DNA from: Camelus dromedarius
Lineage: Eukaryota
Reading direction: 5' to 3'
Length of the DNA: 64,000 nt
Assembly: GCF_036321535.1 (NCBI RefSeq)
Contig: NC_087436.1
Location: forward strand, 68,388,001 to 68,452,000
Part shown: one piece after another, positions 50,020 to 63,176 of the stretch
How the letters are laid out: each line of letters starts with the position of its first letter
Position numbering within the stretch: position 1 is the first letter of the stretch
The notes under the pieces: generated by a model
The model's database searches: none
The model's input: only the letters and a program-made list of their open reading frames with translations
What the model was told of the DNA's origin: nothing
Program-made: the position numbers and the translations under genes

Positions 50020-50770
50020 AAACATGGCTTTAACAACAAGCCTGAACTCTTTTCTCTGTAATGTATTCCTCTCTTCTCTGCTCTCTCAACACTTTCCCAG
50101 GGCAGTCGCAACAAAAATGGCTTTAACAGCCCTGGATGCTGATAAATCCCAAATTTACATGGTTCTTTCCTAAGCAAAGGAATGGTAACTCGGCTCATTT
50201 ATCATCTCAATTTGGTGTCTGAAAGACGCATTTAATTCAAAACATAAAATATTCATCTCTAACTTGCCCCCCAAATCTGCTCTTCCTTCGCCTTCTTTGA
50301 TTAATGCTACCACTAGTTACCTAGTTTCCTAAATCATGAATCTGTGGTTAACCTAGACAATTTCCTGTCTTTAGATGCCTGGGACAATGCTGTCACCTTT
50401 CTCATGGGATACTATCAGCAGTGGCCAGGGCAAAAATGAATGTCTAGAGAAGACGGGTAGGCTATTCTTGAAGACATGTGAACCACGGCCAGAAGTCCCC
50501 ACAAATAACCAAGAGGGATTTTAAAGAGACTAGGTTCCATGTTATCAGGTAGAATTATGAACCAGAGGAATTTGTTACTTAATTTTACCAACAGACTGGT
50601 TAAGACCTAGAAATACTCAAATAACACTATTTGGATGTCTGTTTCTTCTACTATATTATAAATCTCTAGAAATTATGGATTGTGTTTTGTTGATCTCTAA
50701 TATCCCAGTGCCTACCATGGTACCCAGCATATTGGATATACTTAATGCTATTTACTATTTAAAGAATAAA
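50020..50770 (+). mobile_element. L2 fragments
   Basis: atgctgataaatcccaaatttacat, ccccccaaatctgctcttcctt, tatcccagtgcctaccatggtacccagcata. Confidence 0.6.
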
Positions 50771-51699
50771 CCAGTGTCACATGTAACTTGGCAAAACTCC
50801 TTACATTTGTGCAACTGACATTTGGTGGTATGGTGAGCCTTCCTCCAAGTCCCTGATCACGGAAGGAGCCCATACATCAGTCTCTTCCCAGTGAGAGCAG
50901 CTTACAGAGCATGGCTTCCTGATTGCTTGCCAGCAAGTCGTCTTGCCTTGCACTTAACCTGTTTTCTAGCTCCACATAAATAAGCAAACAGCGTAAGAAA
51001 GAAGGGGCGAGGAAAGAGTTCAGGAACAAATCGCTAGCTATGTTTTGGAAACATTTGCCTTAAAGCGTCTGGCAGTGTGATTCATAACAATTTTGTCTTT
51101 TCTTTTTTTTTTTTTGATGCATCAACAAATAATATCATAAAAAGAAGCACAATACTTTTACAGAATGTAAATGAGGTGAAATAAAGAGGATGTTATTTCT
51201 ACTAGCATCAATATTTACCAGACTGGTTAAACTTTGTAGAAGTCATGATGAATGGGCTCCTGCTTACAGTCAGGCGAGCATGGTGTATTTGTAAGCTACC
51301 CACTGGAAACTGATTATTTTCCCTCTTCTGTAATTTTAGTGTTGTTTTTTAAAGCATGTTCATTTATTTACCTTGTGGGATTCCACATTTTTGTCAGGTC
51401 ATTTCCTTTATGTTATAAGAACCAATGTCAGATGTTCATTGTGGTGACACTTGTAAAACCACCCAGTGGAATATAATGAGGCCTGCAGTCAATAAATAAA
51501 TAATGTTGACCTGAAAAGAATAGTGAAAGCATAACTTCTCCCCACGAGTCACTACTGACTGTTGACTGCTCTACAAATGCCACGAAAAGAGCACTGTGCC
51601 CATGGCAACACAGCAGTTGAACTCAGATGGTGGGTTTGTTTTGTTTTGTTTTGTTTCCAGTCTTGAAAGGGGAGTGGATGGGTGTTCACACGCCTCCCA

Positions 51700-51925
51700 T
51701 AGTTAATAATAACTTATAAATCTGGCATTTCCTGATAATGCAACAAACTTATAAAACAGCTTTCATCCAAGACCTCAAAAAGGCCTAAAATCAAGCAAGT
51801 ATTATCAGCATTTGAAAGATAAGAAAACCCCCAAAGATTATGCAATTTGCCCAAGGTCAGACAGAAGAACTTACTAAAGCAAAAATACAGCTCAAGGTAA
51901 CCAACTCCCAGTCTGTTGTTCTAAT
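51700..51925 (-). mobile_element. MIR, degenerate
   Basis: gtattatcagcatttgaaagataagaaaac...aatttgcccaaggtcagaca. Confidence 0.6.
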
Positions 51926-52806
51926 TAGACAATCCTCTCCTGTGCTGGGCTTAAAGTTCTGCCTTAGGTTCTCAAAAACCTCTGATAGATCACTAAGTCC
52001 AGGGAATGCTCCCCACAGGCAGCTGTGGTTAATTGAACATCTTGCAACTTGCAAGGTTCTGTTATTCGGCTCATTAATTAGTTTAAAACATCTCTCACAA
52101 AACAAATTCTCAAAACACAAGAAAATTAAGGATTTTCTCCCCCTCTTGTTTTATAATCTCATAAATTAAGACGCTAAAAACAAATTATAATTGAAATGAA
52201 TGTATCACACCTTTACTTACAACTCCATAGAAAATAAAGCTACCAACTGTCTTGAGTTAGAGTGACTGCTACGAGGCTGGAGGTGCAAAGGCCATCCCCA
52301 AACAATCCCTTCATGATGCAGAGAATGTTCTGAATTAAGTAGCACAAATAGAATAGGAGGAAATTGCTTACAACGGACAGAGCACTCAAAAATGCTAAGT
52401 GATCATGTCTAAGATGTTATTCCTTTCATCTCTGTGCTGCTGCATTTGCTATTCCCTAAAGCCTGACCACCTTTCCTCTCTTGTCTCTCCATCATGTTAA
52501 CTCCCGGAACACCCAACTTACGTATCACCTCTTTCCTGAGTGCCTGCCTGTCCTCCCCAGACTCTGCCTCAGAATCCAGACTAAAACAGACCCCTCCTCT
52601 CTGCTCCTATGACCCTCTTGGCCTCTCTCTATCAAACCCCTGTCTTCCGGTGCTTAAATGGCCTCTCTTGTGCGTTAGACTGAGCTCCAAGGAAGCGGGA
52701 AAATCGTTTCCATTTGTAAAGGTGGGAGAGGAGCCACTGATGATTTCTCACTTCCTGTGATCTAGCTTGAGAAGTTTAGGAAAATTGTCCAAAATTGGAA
52801 AAAGGG

Positions 52807-54540
52807 ACTTTCCTCTTTCAGCTCCAGCATGTATAAAGAGCTTAGAAGCTGTCATTCTTATTATCCTAACAACAAGGAGAAAGCTGAACAAACTGAAAAT
52901 CAGTGGCTTTTCTTGGACCCATCAGAGAACTGAGGTTGCAGGAAAAGCTGCAATCCCAAAATATGGAGAGATAGGTGAATGCAGAGGTACAGCTGAGATC
53001 TGCTTACCCGGAGTAGAAGCTGCCAGAGCCATAAACTGGTAGGAACACTTAAATCATGAATTGCTGGAGGCTGTGTGTGGACCAATGTGAGCATGATAAA
53101 ATCCTGGGAGCTGCTGTCTTAGGGGGGCCCCACACTTTTGTGGGTTTCTTCTTGAGAAACCTACCAGGATCTCATGGTGAAGAGCCAAGAAAGATGGTCT
53201 TGTGGCCCTGGCAGAGACAAGAGGAAAGTCACCTTAACCGTTGTAAAATACACAGGGCATTCTCCATAACAAAGACCTAATTTCTAGGGAAAAAGACTTT
53301 ACCAGAGCCTATCCCACCAGGGAATGGGCTTTTTCCATACTCCAAACCCCTCCAGCCTTGCTGTATCACTGGGGAGAAAAGCAAAACTAAAAAGCACTTG
53401 TGACGATCATAGCCCAGACCCACTAAAAGACTGAATTTTAATCATGATATAAAACACTCTCCTTGCCCACACCTTACTACCACACCAACAGAGCTCCAGT
53501 AAAACAGCAATGGACTACAGCTGAAAGGGCTATGGGATGAATACTCTATGCAAGGAGTTCTTAGGGAAGACCAAAGGCACAGGGGATTGTAAAACAAAGA
53601 CACTCAAGGAATTTGAAGACTCTGACACCTACAGCTACAGCAAACTTTAAACACAGTCCCTCGTCTACTCATATTAAAAAACAAAAACAAAAACCACTTC
53701 ACACTAAAGGCCTATTTTTCTCAGTTCCCAAAACTCTTGCAGTATGTACAAATTGCAACAAAAAATTACAAGGCATGTCAAAAGGCAGAAAAAAACACAA
53801 TCTGAAGAGGCTAAGCAAACATGAAAACTGGACTCAGATAAGACACAGATATTGGAATTATCAGACAGGGAATGTAAAGTAACAATGATGAATAAGTGAA
53901 GGGCTCTAATGTAAAAAGTAGACAATATACCTGATCAGACAGGTAACATAAGCAGAGAGATGGAAACTCTAGGAAAGTACCAAAAGAATAAGCTAAAAAA
54001 TCAAAACCACTATAAAAATGAAAAATGTCTTTGATGAGCTCACAAGTAGACTGCTCACAGCCAAGAAAGAATCAATGAGCTTAAAGGTACATAAATAAAA
54101 ACTCCCCAAACTTAAATGCAAAGAGAAAAATGAATTAAGAAAGAAAAGACAGAACACCTAAGAACTATGGGATAATTTCAAAAGGTATAACATATGTATA
54201 ATTAGAATCCCAGAAGGAGAAGAAAAAGAGAACAGATCAAAAGAAATATCTGAAGGAACAATGGCTAAGAATTTTCCAAAATTAGTAACAGACACACTAC
54301 CACACATCCAGGAGGCTCAGAGCACATCAAGCAGGATAAATACCCCAAAATTTACACTGAGGAATATCATATTCAAACTATAGAAAACAAAAGACAAAGA
54401 CAAAATCTTGAAAAAAGCCAAAAGAAAAAAACAATTACCTCTAGGAGATCAAGGATAAGTGTTACAGCAGACTTCTCATCAGAAATCATGCAAGCAGGAG
54501 GAGAGTGGAGTGAAATATTTACTGTTGAAAGAAGAAAACC
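52807..54540 (+). mobile_element. L1MC/L1MD-type 5' UTR and decayed ORF1
   Basis: aaagctgaacaaactgaaaatcag...ttcttggacccatcagagaactgagg (5' UTR); ORF1-like tagaatcccagaaggagaagaa...atggctaagaattttccaaaatt...ccaggaggctcagag...cagcagacttctcatcagaaa. Confidence 0.85.
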
Positions 54541-54597
54541 AAAGCTGGAAATTAAAGTTTCAAAAGGATTTATTAATTTTGTAATAACAGGGAGTGT

Positions 54598-56600
54598 TAT
54601 TTTAACAACTTTTTTGATGTATAATTGATATATAATAAACTGCACATGTCTAAATTGTACAATTTACTGAGTTTTGACATATGTATGTGGCTGTGAAGCC
54701 ATTACCACAATGAAGATAATGAATATCTCTATCTCCCTCCCAGTTTCTTGTGCCCCTCTATAATTCCTCCCTCCTAGGCTACCTTGTGCCTCCTCCCCAG
54801 GAAATCTGTGATCTGCTTTCTGTCACTATAGATTACTCTCCATTTTCTGTAATTTTGTGTAAATGGAATCACAATATACTCCTTTATGTCTGGTTTCTTT
54901 CACTTGGTGTAATTATTTTGAGAATTATCCACAATTGCAGTTTGTATCAACAGTTCATTCCTCTTTATGGTGAGCATGAGTTGCATTTATGGATATAGAT
55001 AAACCGCAATTGGTTTATCTAATTGCCTGTTATTTGGCTATTTAGATTGTTTCCAGTATAGGGCTATTACAAATAAAGCAGCTGTGAACATTCATGTAAA
55101 AGTGTTTTTGAACATATGCATCTTCACTTCTCTTAGGTGAATTCCTAGTAGTGAAATACATGGATTACACTGTATGTGTATGTTTAACTATTTAAGAAAC
55201 TACTAAACTGTTTTACAAATTATAAATGTCATTTTTCATTCCCATAAGCAATGTATGAAGGTTAATTTCCTCCACATTCTCACTAGCATTTGGTTTTGTC
55301 AGTGGTTTTAAGTTTAGCCATTTTAATAGGTGTGTAGTGGTACCTCCTATGTTAAATGGTTTTATGCATCTCTCAAATGACTAATAATATTAAGCATCTT
55401 TTCATTTGCTTCATTTACCACCATATATCTTCTTTACTGATGTATTTGTTCAACCCCTCCGCCTGTTTTTCATCTGATATTTTTGTTTTCTAATTGAGTT
55501 TAGAGAGCTCTTTATATATTCTTGATACAAGTCCTTTATCAGATAAATGATTTGCAAATATTTTCTTCCAGTCTGTGGCTTGCCTTTCATTATTTTAAGA
55601 GTGTCTTTCAAAGAGAAGTTTTTAACTTTGATAAAGTCAAATTGATCAATTTTGTCTTTTATACCATGCTTTTGGTGTCATATTTTTAAAAGTTTTGCCC
55701 AACTCAAGATCACCAAAGTTTTCTCCTAAGTCTTTTATACCATGATTTGGTGTCATATTTTTAAAAGTTTTGCCCAACTCAAGATCACCAAAGTTTTCTC
55801 CTAAGTTTTTTTCCTAGGATTTTTATAGTTGTAGATTTTGCATTTGGTTTTATGATCCATTTTGAGTTAATTTGTGTATATATACAAGGGATGGTTTGAA
55901 GTTCTTTTTTAATTTGTTTTTTGGGGGTTTTGGCACATGCCTATTCTGTTATGTCAGCACCATTTGTTGAAAAGGCTATCCTTTCTCCACTGAATTGTCT
56001 TTACACCTTTGTCAAAAATCAATTGTTCACATATGTGTGCCATATGTATGTGGATTATTTCTGGATTTGCTGTTCTATTCTATTTGATCTTTTTGTGTGC
56101 CTGTCACCAGTACTACACTCTCTTGATTACTTAGCTTGATAATAAGCCCCCAAATTAGGTAATGTTAGTCCTTCAATTTTGTTTTCCTTTTTAAAGTTTG
56201 ATTTATAATTTTGGCTATGCTGGGTCCTTTGTATTTCCATATGAATTTTAAAATCAGATCATCAATTTCTATCCAAAAAAACCTGGCTGGACTTTTATTG
56301 GGATTTCATTAAATCTGTAGATCAATTTTGGTAAAATTTACATCTTAACAATATTGAGTCTTCTAACTCCTAAACATAGTATATTTACTTAAGTTTTCTT
56401 TAATTTCTTTAATTTGTAGGTTTCAGTGTACAGATAATGCATTCTTTAATGCATTAAAGAAATCAATTCTTAATAGATTTATTCTAAGGTAGCTTATTTT
56501 TGATGCTATTATAAACAGTATTCCTCACTTAGTTTCAGTTTCAAATGTTTGTTACCAGTATATGGGAATACAATTGATTTTTGTATATTAATCTTTACCT
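54598..56600 (-). mobile_element. L1MB/MC/MD-type 3' portion (ORF2 C-terminal half and 3' UTR)
   Basis: gtataattgatatataataaactgcaca (3' end), tttccagtatagggctattacaaataaagcagctgtgaacatt, cagcaccatttgttgaaaaggct, ttccatatgaattttaaaatcag. Confidence 0.92.
55655..55805. repeat. near-perfect tandem duplication (76 bp + 75 bp) inside L1
   Basis: Units 55655-55730 and 55731-55805 differ only at catgcttttgg versus catgatttgg. Confidence 0.95.
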
Positions 56601-57310
56601 TTAATTTACCTTTGGACTAAATTTTTTAAAGTTGAATATAACCTTTCATTACAAAAATGTAAAGAAAGTATTCACTGAATAGCCTTGGAGAAAACTGTGA
56701 CACTGTGACATTACCTGAATTCAACTGTTTTTTACCTAGAAGTAAGTTTTATTTTTTTTTAATTTTTTTTTTTTTTTGGTGTCTATGATTGAACCAGCTG
56801 TCTCTATCACTTGATTGTGTTTATACAAGGAGGAAAGGAAAAATATTTATCTCTGTATAGCTTATGTCTTATCTCTATGTATAACTCAGGTGCTGCAAAT
56901 TGCTAGCTGCTTTTGTAAGGAAGTGTGTTGAACAGTTTCCTATAAGTGATGCAGGATAAGAACCACAGGACTGCAGAAAAGGCAACCCTGAATAAGATTT
57001 GATGCAAGAAACGCAGAAAACAAAACTATACTGGACTTTTGATGTCCTTTATGTAGTGTTAATTAAGATGTTTGATATTCTGTTTTAATGTAATGTTCCT
57101 ACAGTAGTTTTCACACCCCTGTGGATGGGAATAGACTCTCCTCTAAAAGAAATAGATACTCCTCTTCAGTCATGCTGGGGAAAGGCTACTTAGTATGGAA
57201 AATGAGAATTAGGAAGTTGGCTCAGACTGAGACAAGCACCTGAACTCAAAGAATGGACATTCTCAGAGTTGACGCCTATCCAACGGAGCACGCAGTGGAG
57301 TAGGCGGGGA

Positions 57311-57329
57311 GGGCGCCTCCTGCAGGACC
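57311..57329 (-). promoter_or_regulatory. candidate CTCF site
   Basis: Reverse complement GGTCCTGCAGGAGGCGCCC resembles CCASCAGGGGGCGC; lies in a locally CpG-rich unique segment. Confidence 0.5.
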
Positions 57330-57769
57330 CTGAGGGCGCACAGGCTTCCAGAGGAGCCTTCGTTAGCAACCACTTGTGAGTCAGACCCTCTGTTGGACTA
57401 ATTATTCTGTGATATTTTTACTATTCCATGATATTCAGCAAAATCTTGGTCCTGGAGGCAGCCAGGTTTTACACTGCGAGAAACAAAGGGAAAGGTCTGG
57501 GAGTGAGAAACAAAAGAAAGAGTAGCATCTGCCTCTGAGGGGCCAGAGTTGAGGAAACAACAGCAGAAACTAACAGAAGAAAGTCGCGCCCAGAAGAAGA
57601 GCAACTGATGACAGAGGCAGTGACCTGCTGCACACAGGTGGCTGGAGGGGACGCTGAGCAGCCTGTTCCACATGTGTGTGGAAAAGCACTGAATTCCCAG
57701 AGTGCAGGCAGTCTGAAGGGAAAGAATAAAGTGTGAGATCATTCACAGGGAGAACAGAAATGAGAATTT

Positions 57770-57980
57770 AGTCAGGGAGCACAGTTGTGTTTAAATCCTG
57801 GCTCTGCCACATACAAGCTGAATGGCTTATGGCAAGTAGTTAAGCCTCTATTCCTGAGTTTCCTCATCTGTAAAATGGGTATAATAGTAATACTACTATA
57901 AATGGATCGTTCTGAGGAGCACATGAGGTAACACATATAAAACTCTTAGAACAGTGTTGAGCAAATGAAAGATTATTGTT
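57770..57980 (+). mobile_element. MIR
   Basis: tttaaatcctggctctgccac...ggcaagtagttaagcctct...gtttcctcatctgtaaaatgggtataatagtaatac...cttagaacagtg. Confidence 0.9.
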
Positions 57981-58009
57981 GACAAAGACCTATGAGGGCT
58001 CACCAGAGC

Positions 58010-58250
58010 ATTTATTGATGGAAATATATTCATGATGTATTTAATGAAAAAGTCACAAAATAATATGTATATTTTAATCACATTTGTCAATATATATAGA
58101 TATACTAAGAGAAATCATGGAAAAATATACTCTAATATCTCTCAATTGGGAGATTATGGGCCCTTTTAATTTTTTCCTTTTCACATCTCTACCTCTGAAA
58201 TTAGCTATAATGAACTTTTGTAATTAAAAAAATGAAAATCTATTTTAATA
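58010..58250 (+). mobile_element. old L1 (L1ME-like) 3' UTR fragment
   Basis: AT-rich; tggaaaaatatac...gggagattatggg...tttttgtaattaaaaaaa. Confidence 0.5.
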
Positions 58251-58599
58251 TATATTGAAAGAGCAGTAAGAAAACTCTGGAAAGTTGATTGATAAAAATC
58301 AGATTTTTCAATATGCCCCAAGAAATTAACTTTAAGATTAAAATGCCCTAAGAATTCCCAGAGGAGGAGTCTTGATTGGCTTGTTTACCCATGTGATGTT
58401 TAAAAGGTACAGCGCCTGCTGTTATCCAGCTATCCATTTTAAAACGATTCCATCCGTGTCAGCAAAGGACACTATGCTGGAATCACTCTCAGTGAATAGT
58501 TAGAAAATGGACAGGTCTTTAAAGGTGCTTGGTAGCACAAAACAGCCATATGTTAACCTCACCTTGAAACACAGGATAACACTGACCACTTAGTATTGA

Positions 58600-58760
58600 A
58601 CTAAAACTTGAACAAAATTCTGTATATATTAACTGCCTAAATTTTCACAAAAATCTTATAAGGAGGGTACTGCTATTGCCAAAATCTTCAGAGGGGCTTG
58701 GAAGGTTAAATAATTTGCCCAAATCACAGCAACAGGAAGCGATCAAAGCAGGCACACGAA
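58600..58760 (-). mobile_element. MIR fragment
   Basis: ggtactgctattgcc...gaaggttaaataatttgcccaaatcacagc. Confidence 0.65.
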
Positions 58761-59070
58761 ACAAGGCACCGCAGCTGCTCTCCAACTTTCTACTGCAGGA
58801 AGTACGTGCACATACGCTCTACACAGGACTTTGAAAGGATCCTCTGCATACATTATAACCCATTGTTCCCAAGGTTTTTCCAGCCTTGACCTGCAGGCTT
58901 CAGAATTCTATATTAATTAGCTTACACTTTTGAAGCTAAAGGGAAGAGGAGGAAATACTATCAATAAAAACATTGCAGCATAAGAACAGCAGTCACCTCC
59001 CCATGCAAAACATCTAAAACCATGTATTGTAAGTTTAGGAATGAAGTATTACTGCAGATCTATTTTTCTT

Positions 59071-59459
59071 GTTCTTAAAAACAAGACAACAGGCCCAAAA
59101 TGGACTCCCTTATGCTATGCCCCACATCAAATTAACTGAGACTTAATTTCCATTTTCACTTTCCCAGAAATGGAATCTTACACCAGTCAGGAATCACCTA
59201 ATCAGCACTAGTTAGGTGATCTGCTGGACAGACTCCTGCCACTCCCCAGAGAAAAGCAACTTTGCCTGAAACAACTTGCTTTTTTGTCTAGTAGAACCTC
59301 CCTGTTCCTGCTCACTTCTGACTGTAAAAGTCCTTTGTTTTGTACAGCTCCTGGGAACTCCTTTCACCTGCTAGATGGGACGCTGCTCTATTCATGAATC
59401 CTTGCATAAAGCCAGTAAGATCTTTAAAATGTACTTGGTTGAATTCTGTTTTTTTAACA
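59071..59459 (+). mobile_element. MER34-like ERV1 solo LTR
   Basis: TGTT...AACA ends; caggcccaaaatggactcccttatgcta; tgctagatgggacgctgctctattcatgaatc; taaagccagtaagatcttt...gaattctgtttttttaaca. Confidence 0.75.
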
Positions 59460-59802
59460 GTGTCGTTACAGAATGTAGATGCCATCATTCATTTGCTCAT
59501 TTATTCCACAAATATTTCCAGAATGCCTGTTACAGTCTAGACACTGTGTGGTAGGCACTGACAGTAGTCTCAATGGTTCACTCAGAAGTGCTTTATTTTT
59601 TATTTCAAACTCCTCAGACCATCACCCACTGAGATTCAGCATTAACAGAAAGAAAGGTACAGCGGCCTCCACGCAGGGCGCGCTCCTGCAGGTGTTCACA
59701 GAGGCACGGTTCTCTCATGGGAATATGTATTCTCCCTTATCAGCCTCCAGTTAAAATTTTGTATCTATCTCTAGGAATTATGATGAAAGCAAATGAGCAT
59801 AT

Positions 59803-60175
59803 ATGGATAGGGGTCTGGAAACATTACCCCCAAACCATGGCACATTCGCATATTGAATATTTTAAGTGGAAGGAGTTTCAGAAAATAGCAGAGAAGCAAA
59901 AAGATCACTGTGACCTCCCCCTACAGTCTCCTCCCCTGAAACAGGTCATTAACCCCTCACGTGGGAGGTGCCCTCCCTAGACCAGGAGGAAAGGCACATC
60001 CTTAGCTCCAAAGACAAAGGGATGCCAAGAAGAACCAAACACACGGGGTTTGCTGAGTTTCCCCCAGTTCACTGCACTTGCCTCATACTCTGACCTCTCA
60101 TGTGTCCACACAACTGCCCACTCTTCATCAGAACCTGAGGAAAATGCTCAGGTGTGTTTCATCCTCTGTGAATGG
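59803..60175 (+). mobile_element. MER31-like ERV1 LTR, 3'-truncated
   Basis: acccccaaaccatggcacattcgcatattgaatattttaagtggaaggagtttcagaaaatagcaga...tcactgtgacctcccc...gaggtgccctccctagaccaggaggaaagg. Confidence 0.8.
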
Positions 60176-60611
60176 TGGCTAAATCTAAGTCTGATTTTAC
60201 ACACTGAGGGCACTTTGTTTTGACGGTGATGGTATCTTTCTCTGTCTTCAAATGAGGGGGAAACTCCCCAAGAGTGAGAGCAGCCTGCATCCTCTATGGT
60301 GGAAGGCCCGCTTTGTAATGGAGTCATTATCTTACTGAGGACTAAGAGAAAGTGTTCCTTCTTTCCTATATTAAAGTGCCTGCTCCTTGATTCAGTTATT
60401 AAAATGAGGGAGCAAATAGCTCCTTGTTCTAATTTTCCTTATCAGCCTCCACAGGGCCCATTTTGGGCTGTCTGTGAAGTGTTTGAATGCAATTGTGTGC
60501 TTGAATAAAAAGAAGAAACGGAATTAGAGCCTCTTAAGACCATTATATTGTCTTCTTTAGTGACACTATGTGCCTCACGATTACTAAGCAATGAGCTAAG
60601 TGTTCTTCCTG

Positions 60612-60830
60612 AGTAATAATAATGATACCACATTTAACTAGCAGTTTCCTCTTTGCAAAGCACTAGCCCATACGTTATCCCCTCTGATCCAGGCAACAAT
60701 GCTGGAGCAGATCTGGCCGGTGTTCTAGTCATCAATTTACAAAGGCAGGGACTGAATTGGGGTCAAGTTAGAGATTTAAACCTTCAAAGCCAGGATTTGA
60801 AAGCAGGTGAGCCCGGGATTAGAGCAGAGC
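60612..60830 (-). mobile_element. MIR, degenerate
   Basis: taataataatgataccacattt...tttgcaaagcact...aatttacaaaggcagggactga...gagcccgggattaga. Confidence 0.55.
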
Positions 60831-61870
60831 ATGTCCCACGTTTGCTGGGCACCACAGACAGCCTTCCAGTTCATCCCCGCCACCTCTGGGCAGAAGTTCT
60901 GCCCTCCCCACCCCCGCCCCTGTCTTGTCCTAACTTAAATGATTAGTCTTTGAGAGGACAGAAACGAGGCAAATCTAAAGCACTTCACATTAGTGGGCAA
61001 CATGCATATTTGTTATTAATCCATACATCATAGAGGACAGGCCATTTTTAAAGTGTTTAAGTTTTTGCACAGCTGCTTTAACTATGTGTATTTAGGTGAC
61101 TATTTTCACAGTCTGTTTAGATAGTGTCAAGAAAAGTCCACATTTTATAGGACATTTCAATGTCATCATAAATGATCTTTGGTTGCAAATGACTCTAGGA
61201 GGTATATATGCTTCTTTTAGAAATGAACATTATCCTGAAAATATATGTATAAACTAATTTTATGATGAACTAAATTTCATGAGGAGTTTTTCTTATTTTA
61301 TACAATTCCCCAAAGATGTTATTCTATGATGCAAATAATCTCTACTTGACTAACTTCACTGATCAATTTGCATTGTAAGAATAAGGTTTTCTTCAAGCAG
61401 AATGCACACCTATGACACCTAGATATTTCAGCTGTTTAGTTTAAGCCAGCTGTAGCGTTTGTTGAGTGCCTACTGGCTGCCAGGACTCTGCTAGAGAGGG
61501 GAAATTCAAAGACAAAAATACAAACCCTTGTGCCCAGATTGCCCACAACCCTAGGTGGAAAAGAAACTAACTAGGAAAATGTTCCCCAGTTGATGGTTTG
61601 CAAATCCCCAGTGATTTCTAAAAACATTTGTGTCATTACCAGAAGTGGGCTGCATTATTACCAAAGACAGCACCTTATCCAGGCCCGGAGGCCTCTAGAA
61701 AGTAGAGCCTTGGCGAGGATAGAGATGCTAATTCTGTGGTTGGGGGTTGAAAGGCCAAGGCAGAGAGTAAGAGGGGATGGGTAGGGAAGCCAAGGAGGAT
61801 GCGTTGTGGCAAAGTTGGGCATCACTGTGCAGCTCTCACTGCACAGTGAGCCAGCAAGTTGTCCAGCAGA

Positions 61871-62212
61871 TGTTAAAAGATAAGCTGAAGCCCATGAATG
61901 ATTTTAAGAATTTATCTGAGCAAAAATGGACTCAAATCGGGCAACACCAAACTGGAAGTTGTTAGGAGTGCAAACTTGACAGGAGCTAGTGGAAAGACAT
62001 TTACAGAGAAGTGGAAGCAAGGCAAGGAAATTATTTCCTTGGCTAGATCTCAAGCAGTTGTTCTAACTGGGAAAGCCCAGTTGGCTGTTTGTGCTTGGCT
62101 GTCCTTAGGTGTTGATTCACTGGGTAGGCTTGGGCTTTGGGTCACTTACATGTGCTACTAAGGTATTAGAACCTCCTCAGTCTAACGGCCTCCTTGTTCA
62201 ATTAATTTAACA
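61871..62212 (-). mobile_element. MER57-like ERV1 solo LTR
   Basis: TGTTAAA...TTTAACA inverted termini; the minus strand starts tgttaaattaattgaacaaggaggccgttagactgaggagg, resembling recalled MER57E/F. Confidence 0.7.
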
Positions 62213-62744
62213 CAAGCATGTTGACTCTATATGGCAACTTCTCTGGAAAGACTGTAAGAAGGAGCTACTCCTCACAGAGGTCCCTGAAAGAGAGAAAGGA
62301 CGGGGATTTATGTGCCAGGCTCCCATTTTTTTACTGATCAAGGTTCACCCCCATGGAAATCTAGAGTATGCAATCTAGTCCCTTCTGTTCACTTAGGAAA
62401 CCAGTTACCACTCCTAGGGGATGGTGTGTGTTCAAGTCGAAGCTTGGAGGGAATACCTGGTGAGGGTGAGGTACCAACTGAAGGAAAAGTGGAAAGGAAG
62501 GGAAGGAGGGGTCAGGGAGGAAGGAAGGAAGGAGAGAGACTTTGAGATGCATATTTATCTTTGGTTCCAACATCGCATCCCTTCTTGTTTCTATGTTTTA
62601 GACTCAATATGTAAAATAATTACATGAATTTTCCCCCAGAACATGCTAATTAGAGATTACAGGTGAGACTGCTTTTTTATATGCTCTTGAAGAAGCTCCT
62701 CAGAATGCTTTCCAGTTTATGGACATTAGCGTTATCTAATTAGT

Positions 62745-62868
62745 ATCTGCAGCTTCCACTAAATAGTAAGTTTTTGATAACAAAGATCACATCTGATGTG
62801 TGTTTCCATTATTCCTCCAGTCACTGGCACTTAGTAGGAGCTCAGCAGATCCTGGATGAATGAACACA
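62745..62868 (+). mobile_element. L2 3' end
   Basis: ccactaaatagtaag...ctggcacttagtaggagctcagcagatcctggatgaatgaa. Confidence 0.7.
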
Positions 62869-63176
62869 TGCATGGGTGAGATGAGTGCCCCAGATTCAGT
62901 CACTGAGTTGCTGGCACTCAGCTACACCTCGGCTAGCTTCTCTAGTGATACTGTTATATAGCTGTAAAACATTTTTAATCTTTGTGGTATTTTTTGAATA
63001 GTCTGTTCTTCAAGGCTTATAAACATCAAATGGTCTTGTTTTTTTCTCTTTGTGTGTTAAGTCCCCCTCTCCTCATCTTCTATTTCTAGCTCTTGGGATT
63101 TTTAAACATGGGAAAGGAATTTGAGAAAAACGGTGTCTTTTTATTTGTGGCTGCTGCTGTGGGCTCTCTAAGACAT

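Noticed and set aside
59662..59695. CTCF-like ccacgcagggcgcgc / cctgcaggagcgcg
   Set aside because: Core spacing does not fit the motif on either strand
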